Source: Eledone cirrhosa
Taxonomy: Eukaryota
Assembly (NCBI GenBank): GCA_964016885.1
Contig: OZ024752.1
Span: 2,480,001-2,544,000 of the forward strand
Reading direction: 5' to 3'
Length of the DNA: 64,000 bases
A program made the translations under genes and the position numbers. Positions within the stretch are counted from its first letter, which is position 1. Each line of letters starts with the position of its first letter. The notes beneath the pieces were generated by a model. It worked only from the letters and a program-made list of their open reading frames with translations, was not told the DNA's origin and searched no databases. Positions 1 through 13,327 of this stretch are shown here, piece by piece.

Positions 1-1311
1 TTCATATTCTTGTTCCTTTAGCCTAATTTATTGTATATATGACACTGTACGGGTAAGAAGGAACGCTTACGTGTACGTATGTATGGTTGCAAGTCTACCA
101 GCGTATACATATATACTTTAGCTTGTTTGTATGTGAGTGTGTGTATGTACGCATGTGAGAATGTGTTTGCTTGTCATTATATATTTGCGACTTTCTACAA
201 ATATTAACCTACTTGGTTTTAGATTGACATCGAATGAAGAAAAATTGCCTTACATTCAGATATTTTAAACCCCAGATTTCTTCTCCAACTTTGTTTTTGA
301 ATTATTTCTCAAAAATATCTTCTAAATCTACACAAGTATACATATACACTACATTACTATTGACGACAAATTCAGTTTATATCCTCCAGTCAGATGATAA
401 ACGACAATATGATAAAAGACTATAGGTTCATGAGCTCTGATAAGAAAGGAATTCTATACCAGATACGGAATATGCCATTTCTTTAAATGAAGATAATATG
501 AAGATCATTTCACTGCAACATAACATTAGTATTCTCTGAGTTGCTTATAGACACTCTAATAACATGTTTTTACGTTATTGGGCTTAATAACATCTTCCTT
601 GTTGAGGATTGACTGAGTATTGAAGACTTACATACATGCATTAGAATGTTCGACCTTTCTTAGCATTTAGAATATTGTTTGAATTCATCAAATAGCCTGA
701 CCTCATTAGATGTTAATAAATTCCCCCGTGTATACTCTCAAACTTTGTGAGTAATATGTGATCGCTTAAACTAAAACATGATTCGGTAGCCATAAAGTGT
801 ATATAGGTTTTCTTTTGTCTAGGTATAAACAAAGCACATATTGAAAGAATAGGAAATTAGATTCTGTCATGTAAGATTTATCAAGGACATGATTTTTACA
901 CAGGATATTGATTCCCCACATATCACATGTATCCGACAGTGAAATTTTGTTGATTTATGTACAATAATAGATGATACTTATTTCATATATTTCGATAATA
1001 AATAATTAGTTTTAATATTCAAACAATAGAGGGTATCAATGCAGTGTTCACATATCTCAAGTAGGTTGATTGACCGTAGAACATATAGAATTAAGATGCA
1101 TTTACAGGGTTATTGCTAATACAATTTATACTAACTTTAATAACAGCTAAATGTAATGTAGAGGTTATGAGAGTTGTTATGAATCTTGTTAATCGCAAAT
1201 GCATCTGTGAATTAAGGTGACAACAAACGGGAATAAAAAGAGAGAACGTGATATTTCAACATACATTTGTGTTAAATTTATATGTATTACATTATTGAAA
1301 ATCAACATTTA

Positions 1312-1416
<105 letters not shown>

Positions 1417-1450
1417 TTACAATAATCAAAGTTCAGTTTAAATCCTTTAT

Positions 1451-1499
1451 TTGCTTACAATTGTTTCTTCCAAACCGAGGTTTGGTTTCTTCGGAGCAA
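1451..1499 (-). ncRNA. Type I minimal hammerhead ribozyme-like motif (U4C substitution), probable PLE pLTR remnant
   Basis: Minus strand reads TTGCT-CCGAAGA-AACCAAACC TC GGTTTGGAA-GAAAC-AATT-GTA-AGCAA. Stem I is TTGCT/AGCAA, loop III is palindromic AATT, cleavage triplet GUA. Lies next to a (TA)n(GA)n tract. Confidence 0.7.
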
Positions 1500-1930
1500 C
1501 TATTTAGTGATCTATAACATACTTGGCCTCCTTTTCAACACAAGAGACATATAAAACATATGCACATATTGATCCACAGTGGGATGGCATCCATCAAAAT
1601 GATATAGCATGGCAATTTACATATAAAGGTTAAAGGATAAAAATAAAAATAATAATAAAAATGAAAATAAAAATGAAGCATTGGCAGTCTATGAAGAAAA
1701 AGCAAGAGGAAAGTTTAGAGTAGTCAGTGTATGAAACAATCTCACGTGTAGCATGCACGCGTGTCTTATTTATACAGGATTAGAGCACACACATATCATA
1801 TATATATATATATATATGATATGTGTGCGCTTTCCGTGTTATTTCCAATTCCACCTCTTCTCACACTCTCTCTCTCAAAAAGTGGAATTCAAAAAGTTAA
1901 AATTAATTTCATTTATTCATATTCGCTGTT

Positions 1931-2327
1931 ATATATAATTCGATGATCACGATTATTCAATAGCTATGACCTCATCAGACACCTAGAACCTGAACGGAAA
2001 ACATATGCGCCAGTTCCTTTTTGAGAAAACCACACCATGCTCCGGGACTGGCCATATCAAATGATCGAAATAACAATTAAACTGTGTTCCATTATTGTGT
2101 TTTTTTCTGTTTTTTTCTGATCTAGGTTTCCGATGAGGTGATACCTGTTGAATAATGGTTACGACCGAAATATATATATATATAATAACGAACGAAGTTA
2201 AGATTAACCCTTTGACTTACAGTTTTTGTTTTTAAAATTCTCCGGAGTAAACAGACCCACCTGTGAACTTCGTTGAGTGCTCTAACCTTCATACTAAATT
2301 GTCGGTAACTAACCAACACGTACTCAA

Positions 2328-2330
<3 letters not shown>
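1931..2330 (+). mobile_element. Fold-back PLE pLTR-derived element with degenerate hammerhead (family shared with 52150-52470)
   Basis: Inverted arms at ~1950-1987 and ~2121-2156. CCGATGA...GACC-GAAATATATA at 2130-2180. The 3' tail 2190-2330 is clearly homologous to 52330-52470 and ends in (TA)n. Confidence 0.65.
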
Positions 2331-2371
<41 letters not shown>

Positions 2372-5300
2372 AAGAGAGATAGAGTGAGAGAGAGATAATT
2401 TATGTGATGTAGTTTAATACTGGAGAAGCAAATTGTATCGTGATTACCTGAGAATATTTTATTCCCCTCGGTAATGCCCTGCAACTTGATTCCGACTAGT
2501 TAGTGATTATACAAAGGTATATCTTAAATGTTTAATAGTATTTTGGTTCTTCAAACCTAATATTCGTTTAATATTAATCATATTGAAATACCAGAAATGA
2601 AATTAACGTAAATGTAAGTACTCTTATATTGCTTTGTACGAAGAACATTTTATTTCAGAGGAGATATAGTTGATCGGTTAGTGAACTCTCTGCTTTCCTT
2701 GAAAAATTATTTGTTCTAAATCGCAAATATATTCTTTTGAAGTCAGTACTTCAATATAAATGAACATTGATATTAAACATGTCTCTGCAATAGCAGTATA
2801 AAATATTGTACCACGCTTTAATTAAAATTGCAATATATTTCTCTCAGCAATTGTTAAAGAATGATGTATGTACATTTTGAAATTTCATTTCCCACTTATT
2901 ACTCCATTAAAACTGAACATTATTTTCGAGAAAACCACTCCTCTTAACAGATTTCCCATAACCTAGTGTAGTGTTAAAAGCTGAAACAATAATTAAATTT
3001 AATATTAACTAACTCTCCTCAAATCACTATTGCAATAGCTGGTTATACTAAGCTATTCAACAAAATTAAGAGAGCGCATGTAACATGTTTTTCAATAATG
3101 GAACTCTCAAAATATATTTTATATTATCTTGCATAACATTGTGAAGGATGTAAGAGCATACTTTTCAAAAGTTAAATTCAGATTATATTGACGATATTAA
3201 ATATCAACGTGAATACTTTTATTTTTTAAAGATTGCGTTTTACTTTCAGTATAAAACATAGTGTTAATAGAGACGGCCATTGTGTATTTCATTTTCTCGA
3301 CTTGTAAAACGGTATCCCTATCGTAGAAAGATCATCGTCTTCAATAGGAAATGAATGTGAAAACATAACAATCTCATTAAACTTTGAATGGCAATTGACA
3401 CACATACACATGCATCATCACCACACACACACACATGCATGCATGATAAATTATATCATACACAATCGAGCATGTTTCAGTTTCTTTTAAAAGAAGGGTT
3501 TCACAGAAATAATCATTTTTATCGCATTTGACCTGTTGTTGTTGCCTGGTGAATTCATATCATGAGATAAAATCAAAAATTCATCCTATCGATGGCACTC
3601 ACACTGCTTATCCGATACGTCTGGTTTAGCAATAAATCCTGCATAAAAAAGACTAACACCTTTAAGTATTATGGAACAACATAAAACACAATACATGTTT
3701 ACACTATATGAATATCTGATTCAATCTTATGTCATTGGAAACTAGGTGCGATTTTGTTTAGACAACTTACATCTTAATAGTTGTCACTATATTGCTTTAT
3801 AAATTCGGTCACATAGTTCTTTAATTCTCTATCTCTTTACTTCTGTATTTTTACACACAGATTTATAAGTTAATTGTGCATTCAGTCACATATTGACATA
3901 CCTTTTGTTACATATTTTATTTATAAGCCAACAATTAAAAATCGATATTCCTTTTAACATGTTGGTTGAATTATTAATAGAGAGAATTTATACTAATATC
4001 ACTGGTCACAAAGAAAGTAGAAGGTCAATCGTGTACACTGTTAGACCCATAAACCGATTAACAACACAACTGCTGCTATTATGGAAACATGAAACTAGCT
4101 ATTGTAATGGAAGACTGACCACCGCTTTAGAGCACTTGCCACTTAACATCGGTGACTCCGCTTTCTAATCTATTATTTACGACACAATTTTAACATACAG
4201 TGCTTTCCATTATTCTGTATTTTTTAATCATATTTAAATATTTCTTCTTAACTGTCTCTAAAGCACCATGTCTATCTCTTTACCTTCTTAACCCACCATA
4301 CTTCCAATATTCTCTGATCATTCTGATTGAAAGACCGCCAATTGTAAAATACTTTAATTATTTCATATTGTCATTTCCGTATGTTTATTTTAGGATTTTT
4401 TGCAATTTTATCTTCGCTTGTGGTTTTGGTACATTTACACTTTTTGTTCTTGTTATTGTTTTTTTTTTTGTGCTTGGATTCGGGTTACATATGGTACTTG
4501 TTTAATGGGATATATACATTAAAACTATGTATCTCTAGCCACAAATTGGTATGTTCTTGACTGCATGTATACAGATGGGAAGACGTGATAATTGTCTGAA
4601 TTTCGCCATGACGTAGCTGTAAACGTGAGAGTTTTTATCGTAAAAAGAACTTTTACATGAATCACTTATGACCATGATTTACAATACCCTGTAAATATGT
4701 GTTGTGATTCTACTAATGGTATATGGATTCTACATACCACAATTACAGACTATGTATTTCCTTCATGTTCTTATTTCGGTTGTTCTGCCCAGATATAATG
4801 TTTAAGTCAATTGAATGAGGCTAACAATGGGTTCATTTAAATGTCGCATTCGTTAATACGAATGGTTTAAATGCGTCTACTTATATTACTGAAATTTTGA
4901 GAAAGCCATACTGTAACACTCTAAGATACAAGAGAGTGAATTAAATGCATACCAAATGAACCCTCCGCCTTAAACTGATTTATATAATGCCCAATATTTA
5001 TCCTAATTTTGGTTACCCTAGTTACAAATAGTAAACATTCGTAGTGCAAAGGATATCCATCGTCGCTTCATTTCACAAGATTCCAGAGAGGGATTTACTA
5101 AGCAATCAATCATTGGTAATCTACGGATAATAATGAATCAAATATGGCAGCGAATTCTGAAATTGATTCATTTCATTGTTCTATAACGTAAGTACATTTC
5201 ATTGTTCTATAACGTAAATACATTTAAAAAAGCTATGCAATTTATTAAATCGTTTTCCCCGTGATATTTTCATACCTACCTATATATAGGCGGAACAGTT

Positions 5301-5467
5301 TTCAATAAAACAATAATGTGGTGCCACTACTGTATATAAAGCGCAGTTGTAGAGGTGTTTGCCTTTATATTTATACTCCCACGACCTTTCCCGACTAAAT
5401 AATTTCGCCAGTAAAAGTAACAATTTATTCAGGTAAAGTAAAAGATAGTTTATACATGTTGATAATC

Positions 5468-5528
<61 letters not shown>

Positions 5529-7106
5529 AGGTCAATCAAACATCATCGACATCATTTATACAAAAAATCAACGATTCCTCGTCATTTTATCTATGTCTCA
5601 TCATTTTATCTATCTCTAGAGACACTGGCTAATTTCTGTAAGTAGACTGAACAATCCATAGAAGTTTGCCCGTGTATTTTGAACCGACGTAGCTGAACGT
5701 AATTACGTTTATTAAATTGTATCATGCGCTGGTTTCAGTTAAAAAAAAAAAAAATTAGGTAGATATTTGTTCATACGATGATGTATATACATACTTCCCC
5801 GCGGAGATATCTAGATGAGAGACGCAAAATTACATTAATCCACAATACAAACTGCACTATATCTTACAATTTACAAGCTTTTATTTTATCTCTAATGTAA
5901 ACACTTACTACTGTGAAGTGAATATTGCTTTACGACAACTCTTTCGATTATTGTTTGAACAATTACTGTTCTTTTGGGAAGCCTGAATAGTATTTACTAA
6001 CATGTAAAATAATATTTCACACATTTGTTCGGAAACAAAATATATATGTAGAGTTTCGTTTGTTATTTTGCTATTTCTGAGATCTGTTTCAACCCGTTCT
6101 GGGTTTCATTAATATTTAATAAACGTCAAACAGTTCCAAATACACTGCGTTATTCTTCCACCTGCGGTCAATATATGTATTTATTTATGATTAAGTTTCT
6201 ATTAGGAAGCAATAACACTATGGTGTCTGCATGAGTAAATGGATTATGACGGATTTAAAGCTTGGAAAAGAACAATTACACTACGTATTTCATTGTCTTT
6301 TTAAACTAATTTCTATATATACGTAAGTGACGTTGCCATGCATTAAACAAGCAACTATTAAATAGACAGATCCCGATCGATACGAATCTAGCAATCATGC
6401 CTAATTTTCAAACAAACTGAAACATTTAGATGGATGGGAAGATGGCAAATACGAAGCTAAGACTTACATGACTTTGATCAACAGTTGCCTAGATCTATAC
6501 ATTTCATGAATCTCTGCGTTTTGAATCACAGAGCTAATTCATATATTCTCTCGACACATAATAAATGATGCACCCAGTGTTTGCATCTACAAAAGAAATG
6601 TTGCTGATTAATTCACACACGGTTCATATACTCTTCATCATTATAAGAAGCTTTAGAGAATTCATGAGTAAGATACTTCAAAGCTATTGCCATTAATAAT
6701 TTTCGTCACCACCAAAGCTACACACTTTCATTGGTGGAGTATTTTCTACATGGCTACAAACAAATTAAATATTTTCAATTGACTGATTTGAAATCCGACA
6801 TTGCTAGAAACTATTGAAGCATCTTAAACTGTGATATATATGTGCATTAATTGATTTAAGTCTGTATATGACTATTCAAGTATGCTTAAGCAAATCCCTA
6901 TTCATAATGTCTAGAGCTTCAGTTGAGTAGATAAGAGAAAAAATGAATTTGAAACCAACCTGTTTAACATCACTAATGGAGAAATACAAACACATATACT
7001 TCCGCAATGACATCTAGTCATGTAGTAAAACAATGTTTGCCCCTGTTAACAAAATGCCTGATTATAAAGTTCCGGGAACTATCGTTATACCACATTTTAT
7101 CAAATA

Positions 7107-7160
<54 letters not shown>

Positions 7161-7163
<3 letters not shown>

Positions 7164-7790
7164 CAACTAGAAATTGATTAACATATAAATAAACATATAA
7201 AACGATCCCAGGGGATAATTTGTAAAAGTCTGTAAGCACACATAGCTAGGTAGGTAACTAAATAAAGTTAACTAGAACTACAAAAATAGATACCTTATAA
7301 TATGATTAATCTTCCCTGTATATATTCCATTAAATAAATATATGTCACCAATTAATCGAAAGGTATAACACGGAGGCCGATACTTGGATTTTCAACAAGG
7401 AAGAAGTCCAGCCATCTGTGTATAAAAATTATGGGTGTCATGCCAGAAAGGTATGCTTGATATCACACGTAAAATAAGCTCCAATATTCTAATGAATAGG
7501 TCCGAGCATTTTATAACAACTAGAAATTGAGTAACATAGAAATAAACATATGAAACAATCACAAGGGATAATCTTTACAAGTGTGCAAGCACACATAGCT
7601 AGGTAGGTAACTAAATAAAGTTAACTAGAACTTCAAAAATAGATACCTGTGATTGTTTCATATGTTTATTTATATGTTAATCAATTTCTAGTTGTTATAA
7701 AATGCTCGGACCTAGTCAGAATCTTGGAGCTTATTTTACAGGTGATATGGTGCATGCCTTTCTGGCATGATACCAATAATTTTGATTTAG
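7161..7790. mobile_element. (TA)n-flanked element with direct plus inverted duplication (PLE-like tandem/inverted architecture)
   Basis: 7161-7295 is directly repeated at 7514-7648, and 7649-7780 is the reverse complement of ~7424-7564. (TA)n lies on both sides. No intact hammerhead core found. Confidence 0.55.
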
Positions 7791-7812
7791 ATTAAATTCA
7801 CTTTAATTTATC

Positions 7813-7865
<53 letters not shown>

Positions 7866-8063
7866 CCGGATGGCTGAAACAGGTAAAAGAGTAAAATATA
7901 TATATATACATATATATATATACATATATATATATATATGTATATATATATGTATATATATATATGTATATATGTATATATATATATATATGTATATATA
8001 TATGTATATATGTATATATATATGTATATATGTATATATATATATGTATATATATACGTATAT

Positions 8064-8120
<57 letters not shown>

Positions 8121-8126
<6 letters not shown>

Positions 8127-8423
8127 CAGATCAAAGATGGTTAAATGAGTTCCATGTATTTTATTATGCGCATTTCAAAAACAAATATCATAATGCAATG
8201 ACATTTGTGTTTTCATCAGATAAAATAGGAGGACATGATATGAAGGTTAAAAACACTTGTGGATAGTGCAGTTTTAAATCAACATATGTTGGAACTCATT
8301 GAACTCATTTAACCATCTTTTGATCTTATATATTATGTATACTCCAGTCCTACAAACTGTAGAGTGCTTCTTATCCGATATCTGCATTGCTTTATTGTAC
8401 TACAATAAAACTCACCTCCTACA

Positions 8424-8425
<2 letters not shown>
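8121..8425. mobile_element. Fold-back pLTR-derived element in (TA)n
   Basis: GATCAAAGATGGTTAAATGAGTTC (~8129-8152) is inverted at ~8302-8326. Contains a hammerhead, and the 3' tail carries TAGAGTGCTTC. Confidence 0.7.
8157..8227 (-). ncRNA. Intact type I minimal hammerhead ribozyme
   Basis: TATTTTAT-CTGATGA-AAACACAAATGTCAT TGCATT ATGATATTTGTTTTT-GAAAT-GCGC-ATA-ATAAAATA. Perfect 8-bp stem I, ~15-bp stem II, palindromic GCGC loop III, AUA cleavage site. Confidence 0.85.
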
Positions 8426-8455
<30 letters not shown>

Positions 8456-8467
8456 CATATATATAAA

Positions 8468-8520
<53 letters not shown>

Positions 8521-8848
8521 TGAATTATAAACTCGAAGTAGTCTTTTACAATTAAATAGCTCAGAGAAGGGAATATTTGCGAGCCGGGAATATTTCTAGA
8601 TACCCACAGAAGAGCACAGGAATAGTGACTTTCACTTAATAATTATTGCGAAACAAATTTAGATTTGTGTCCTGGTATCACGCCCATTGCCAATATAGGT
8701 TTGTTACTTTTATTGATTTATTATTTTAAATCGAGACAGGCAAACCATATTATTTTAAATTAGTATTTTTAAACCTAACTAACTTGGTCATTTGCAATTC
8801 GAACACATGTATACTTGTATCAGTGTTCATCCCTCTCATATATTCATT

Positions 8849-8910
<62 letters not shown>

Positions 8911-9032
8911 CATGTACAAGTCAACGGGTTATCATTTATTTATTTTATCCAGAGTCGTTGTTGCATATATTTCGGTAGTGATAACCATTAAGCAACAGTT
9001 ATGAAAGCATCAGATAACTAGCTGAAGAAAGA

Positions 9033-9076
<44 letters not shown>

Positions 9077-9216
9077 TGGAATTAGAAATAGTGGAAATAG
9101 TACGACAGTTTATTTAAACGAGCTGTTTTGTTTTTTTTCTTTGATTCGTCAAAGTGACATTGAACAAATGAGAGGAACACTTTAAGAAAAAAAAAGGAGT
9201 TTGATAATATACATAA

Positions 9217-9264
9217 AATATAACCGGTTTCGATGTATCAATTTAATCCATCTTATCAAATGTT
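9217..9264 (-). ncRNA. Hammerhead motif with U3-A8 covariant core
   Basis: AACAT-TTGATAA-GATG...CATC-GAAAC-CG-GTT-ATATT. Stem III is palindromic (ACCGGT), and stem I has one mismatch. Confidence 0.6.
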
Positions 9265-9770
9265 GAATATTACAATAAACAATATTAATATAAGAATTAA
9301 TAATTAAAGATTTAAATTTAAGTGTTGAAGCAGGTTTGTTCATCTTTCGACTGGATCTAAAATGGAATCATATATATATATACAGCGGTAGTCATTGTAA
9401 TAGTAGTAGTAGTTTTGTCTTTTCACCGAACAAAATGGGACATTTTCTGTATATATGTGTTTAGATTTCAGTTTGGAGTGGCGACGAAGGGAAAGATTAA
9501 TAATTTTAAAAACATTTCTTTAGTTCAATATTACATTAACCCTAACATTTACTACTGTTATTGACTTACTAAACAAGCATTTGATAATTTGTAACTCTCC
9601 CTTAAAAAAATATTTAGGAATTACCTCCCTTTCATTCACTTCCTCCACCAAGCGTCATTTGATAAATTTAAAAATATTTGTTAAGATGGTGTCGTATATA
9701 ATTATTATATGAATTTCTCTATCCTATTCTTATATTTGGCACCTTTCTGTACATGATAACAACTATTATC

Positions 9771-9958
9771 GGTGGATTGGCAGTACCGGTAGAGTGTGGC
9801 ACACCATGGTTTGACGCATAGAGTTACGGCCCTTGCCATTCTGTGTTCAAATCTCGCCGAGGTTAACTTTCCCTTTCATCCTTACGGGGTCGATAAAATA
9901 AAGTACCAGTAATGTACTGGGTAATTGCTGCCCTTGTGCCAATAGTAGAAACAGTTAT
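9771..9958 (+). mobile_element. tRNA-derived SINE (octopod-type)
   Basis: GGTGGATTGGCAG..GGTAGAG A-box-like head, GTTCAAATC B box, then conserved core CTTTCATCCTTACGGGGTCGATAAAATAAAGTACCAG. About 9 copies occur in the window. Confidence 0.85.
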
Positions 9959-10489
9959 ATATTGGACCTTACTTTGCTAGTCATTCTCTCCATATTAATC
10001 GTCTCGAGTGCTTTGATTATATTTGATAATAACAACATTTTAACAGTTAAACGTCTATTTTGCTGACTACCCCCAGTGGATATTACTACATTTGAAGTAT
10101 AATAGATCATCTCTGTACTTAAAACTGAAAAATGGAGGTGAACTTTTTATTATAGAAATATACTAAAAATGGACTTTGAAGATTATTGTTACATTCTTAA
10201 ATGTAAGTTTATATTTGATATATGCGCAAGCTTTTATAGACAGTTGTATTGCTTATATTGGGGGTAAATTTGTCAATGCATGATATGCCTACTTTATGCT
10301 TAAATTCACATGTAGTGAAGACTGAGTCTTATATCCTAATGTGAGACAATGAACATGTTGGCACTGTCTAATTGACATGGAAATGAGCGATTCGAAGGAA
10401 TGCCGACGATCCTGCAATAAATATGAATTGAGGGATGATTATAGACTACCTCTCTAGTGTTCCTTATTATGGATATCTTCTTCAACCCC

Positions 10490-10830
10490 GAGGATATCCA
10501 TCATTAAACATGGTATAAGCTGGATTGGGGACTGTGATCAGTAACTGGTTTAGTTATAGTCTCTGATATTTTCGAATATGTGCTGGTGTTCGTGTTATAA
10601 TAGGACTGAGCCATCAACTGATAACCATCTAGTTATCTACAGCATGAGACTGCGAAAGCCAAGCCAACTCACAAATCTATGCAGGTCCAGCTTGGCTGAT
10701 ATGATAAAGTTCAAAATGCTGACAGATAAAGAAGTCAGGAACAGTTTTGCTGCTACTATTGCATTCATATTCAGAGAAATCCCTGTGTAAACTGAGAGCG
10801 TTGAAACGGTGTGGAAATGGTTCTAGGCAG
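10490..10830 (+). mobile_element. Degenerate LINE fragment (end of AP-endonuclease domain)
   Basis: Translation TEPSTDNHLV...LRKP...FKMLTDKEVRNSF resembles the SDHxLV end of LINE endonucleases. Confidence 0.4.
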
Positions 10831-11559
10831 TTTCTGATTCAACAATGTCGTATTCCGACATTTCTTAACTGGGAATCTCTTTACCCCATTTGGTTTTATA
10901 TTATGACTTGAGATGATTTTCATGGATTTGCTTCTCTGAAAAGGTATAAAAAAGAAAATAAAACAATGAATTTCTTTAAGCATACACATTGCCTTATGAA
11001 TAGTTTAAAACATACATTTGAAATGAAATACGTTAGAATAGAAAAGTACCGTTATGTCGTATTATATGATATTCTCATCATTATTGTTGTGCGATAAGAG
11101 CTGATGTAATAGAAGCTACTAGCTGTATGAAGTACGCTATATTCCATCTTACAGTTCATTAACATCGAAATCTACTTATCCAACTGTTTGATGTATTTGG
11201 CGTATCATTATTTTCTGATTCTTAGTGTAAAAACAGAACACATAATAAACTACACATTTTATGTTTATGTTACTTCTCGGTTATATTCATTATCAGCAAA
11301 TGCATGCAGACACGCATTTGTAAGTGCTGACACTTCAGCTAAATTTTCGCAGGTAATTTCAATGGAGCTTATGGTATATCTGTATTATTTTCTTGTCATG
11401 CTATTTGCATTTATTCTATCTCTATAAACTCAGCCTTAAATAGTCTTTATCTGTTGTACGCTAATACTTCAACACATCATTTATAACTTCCTGAAATCGT
11501 AAATATTATGCTGAAGTCAACATAACTTTCTGAATGTGATACATACTTTTTTAATTGGG

Positions 11560-12300
11560 AAAAACCTGTAAAGACACGGATACAATCTACCAACGTATTT
11601 TTCTAAGCGCTATTTATAACTGAAGTCCTTACCTCATCACATAACGCAACCTTGTTATCCACTGTATCCAAAATATTGAACATGAACAATTATCAGAAGG
11701 TTTATCTTCGCATCAGTTTGATTTGCATTTTTTTAAACGGTTCTTCTCAGTCTGTATTCCTTGAATTTGGATATCATTCTTTGATAAATTGGGTGGAATG
11801 AAATGCTTTTTTCCGCAGATATATTGTACTCACATGACATTTTATCGGATGCCTTAGTGTATTGAGCAAAAAATCTATGATTTGACGGAACTATTGTTTA
11901 GCACTGGTATTTTCTACAGCAGAAGAACAGTTATTTATAACTAACTCTAAAATATGGCTCTCAATCGTACACCCTTTGTTGCTTGAACGCCAATTGATAT
12001 TCAAAGGCATTAGATTTTCGGAGTAATACTCGAATGAGTGTTCTTGTTACGTATCACCAAAATATTTCGTCCCAGAAGAAGCCTCGGATGATTTTGGAAG
12101 ATTTAATTCTGGTGTTAATTTTTCATCTTGAGATGTAAAGTTCCAGTATGTAAGCGCTTATAGGAAATTGCAGTTCCATCAACATTGTTTATTGTGCTGG
12201 TGTGAACCCCCATATTAACAACCATTTCTTCAAATCTCCAGGCTAATTAACATCAGCCTATGTATCAGCACTTGCAGATTTTGAAATCTTTTTAGTGTGC
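11560..12300 (-). mobile_element. Highly decayed LINE RT remnant
   Basis: Minus strand near 11795-11825 reads YLRKKAFHS, similar to the D-F-x-KAFDS RT motif. The rest is too decayed to align by eye. Confidence 0.25.
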
Positions 12301-12579
12301 AAATTCGATTGTTTCTGATATATCTCAAATCAAATTTCCCCGAAGCAGAAATGGTTTTCATTAGAGATTTCTTATTCCACTTTCTGCTAATCATCATCCA
12401 ACATTTTAATTCTTCCCGGAATGTACATCTTCCTTATCAGCATATTAAGCTGCGTTTGATCCCGGAATTCTACGATCACAAGACGTCTGATTTTAATCTT
12501 CGGAGTAGATTTATGAAAAAAATAATTGTTTCAACTTTTGACAGAAGGCCAGCAATTAGCCACTGCATTTCTTGTGCTT

Positions 12580-12712
12580 TATTTTATCGACGCCGTAACG
12601 ATGAAATACAAATTTAACCATGGCAGGATTTGATCTCACCGTAACGGGCCATAACTCTATGCAGCAAAGAATGGCGTCGGACCAGCTACCGATACTGCCA
12701 ATCCGCCGCCCT
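12580..12712 (-). mobile_element. SINE copy (partial, tandem with the next copy)
   Basis: CTACCGATACTGCCAATCCGCCGCCCT is the reverse-complemented SINE head. Confidence 0.75.
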
Positions 12713-12726
12713 AATTATGAAAACAA

Positions 12727-12910
12727 TAAGTGTTTCTACTTAAGGCAGAAGGCCTACAATTACCCCAGTGTATTACTGGTGTTTTATTTTATTGACCAGG
12801 TAAAGATAAAAGGCAAAGTTAACTTCGGCGGGATTTGAACTCAGAACATAAAAGACCATAACTCTATGCTAGAAAGCCTGGTCTCTAACGCTCTACCGAT
12901 TCTGCCACCG
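12727..12910 (-). mobile_element. SINE copy
   Basis: AAAGGCAAAGTTAACTTCGGCGGGATTTGAACTCAG core matches the other copies. Confidence 0.85.
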
Positions 12911-13124
12911 CACGTTTTTTTTTATTTGTTGAAAAAAATAATGTTCGTGCATTTGAGTTTGTATTCTCTGGAACATTTGTTTTACTTTTATTTTCATTTT
13001 CTGGTATTGTTTTCTTTTCATATAACATATGGAAGATGTGAAAATGATCACGAACACTTACTAGTTTCCATGACTGACTAAGCCATAAAAACTCATCCTA
13101 CTCAACTCTACTCTCTATATTTTC

Positions 13125-13217
<93 letters not shown>

Positions 13218-13225
13218 CTATCTAT

Positions 13226-13327
<102 letters not shown>

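Noticed and set aside
5170-5224. 26-bp tandem duplication
   Set aside because: An ordinary slippage duplication with no further structure.
7862-7896. CAGCCGGATGGCTGAAACAGGTAAAAG as a half hammerhead
   Set aside because: There is no CUGANGA strand. It better resembles the stem-loop plus TAAAAGA 3' tail of a SINE/RTE.
9771-9860. tRNA gene
   Set aside because: The A/B boxes belong to the SINE head, there is no full cloverleaf, and it is always attached to the SINE core.
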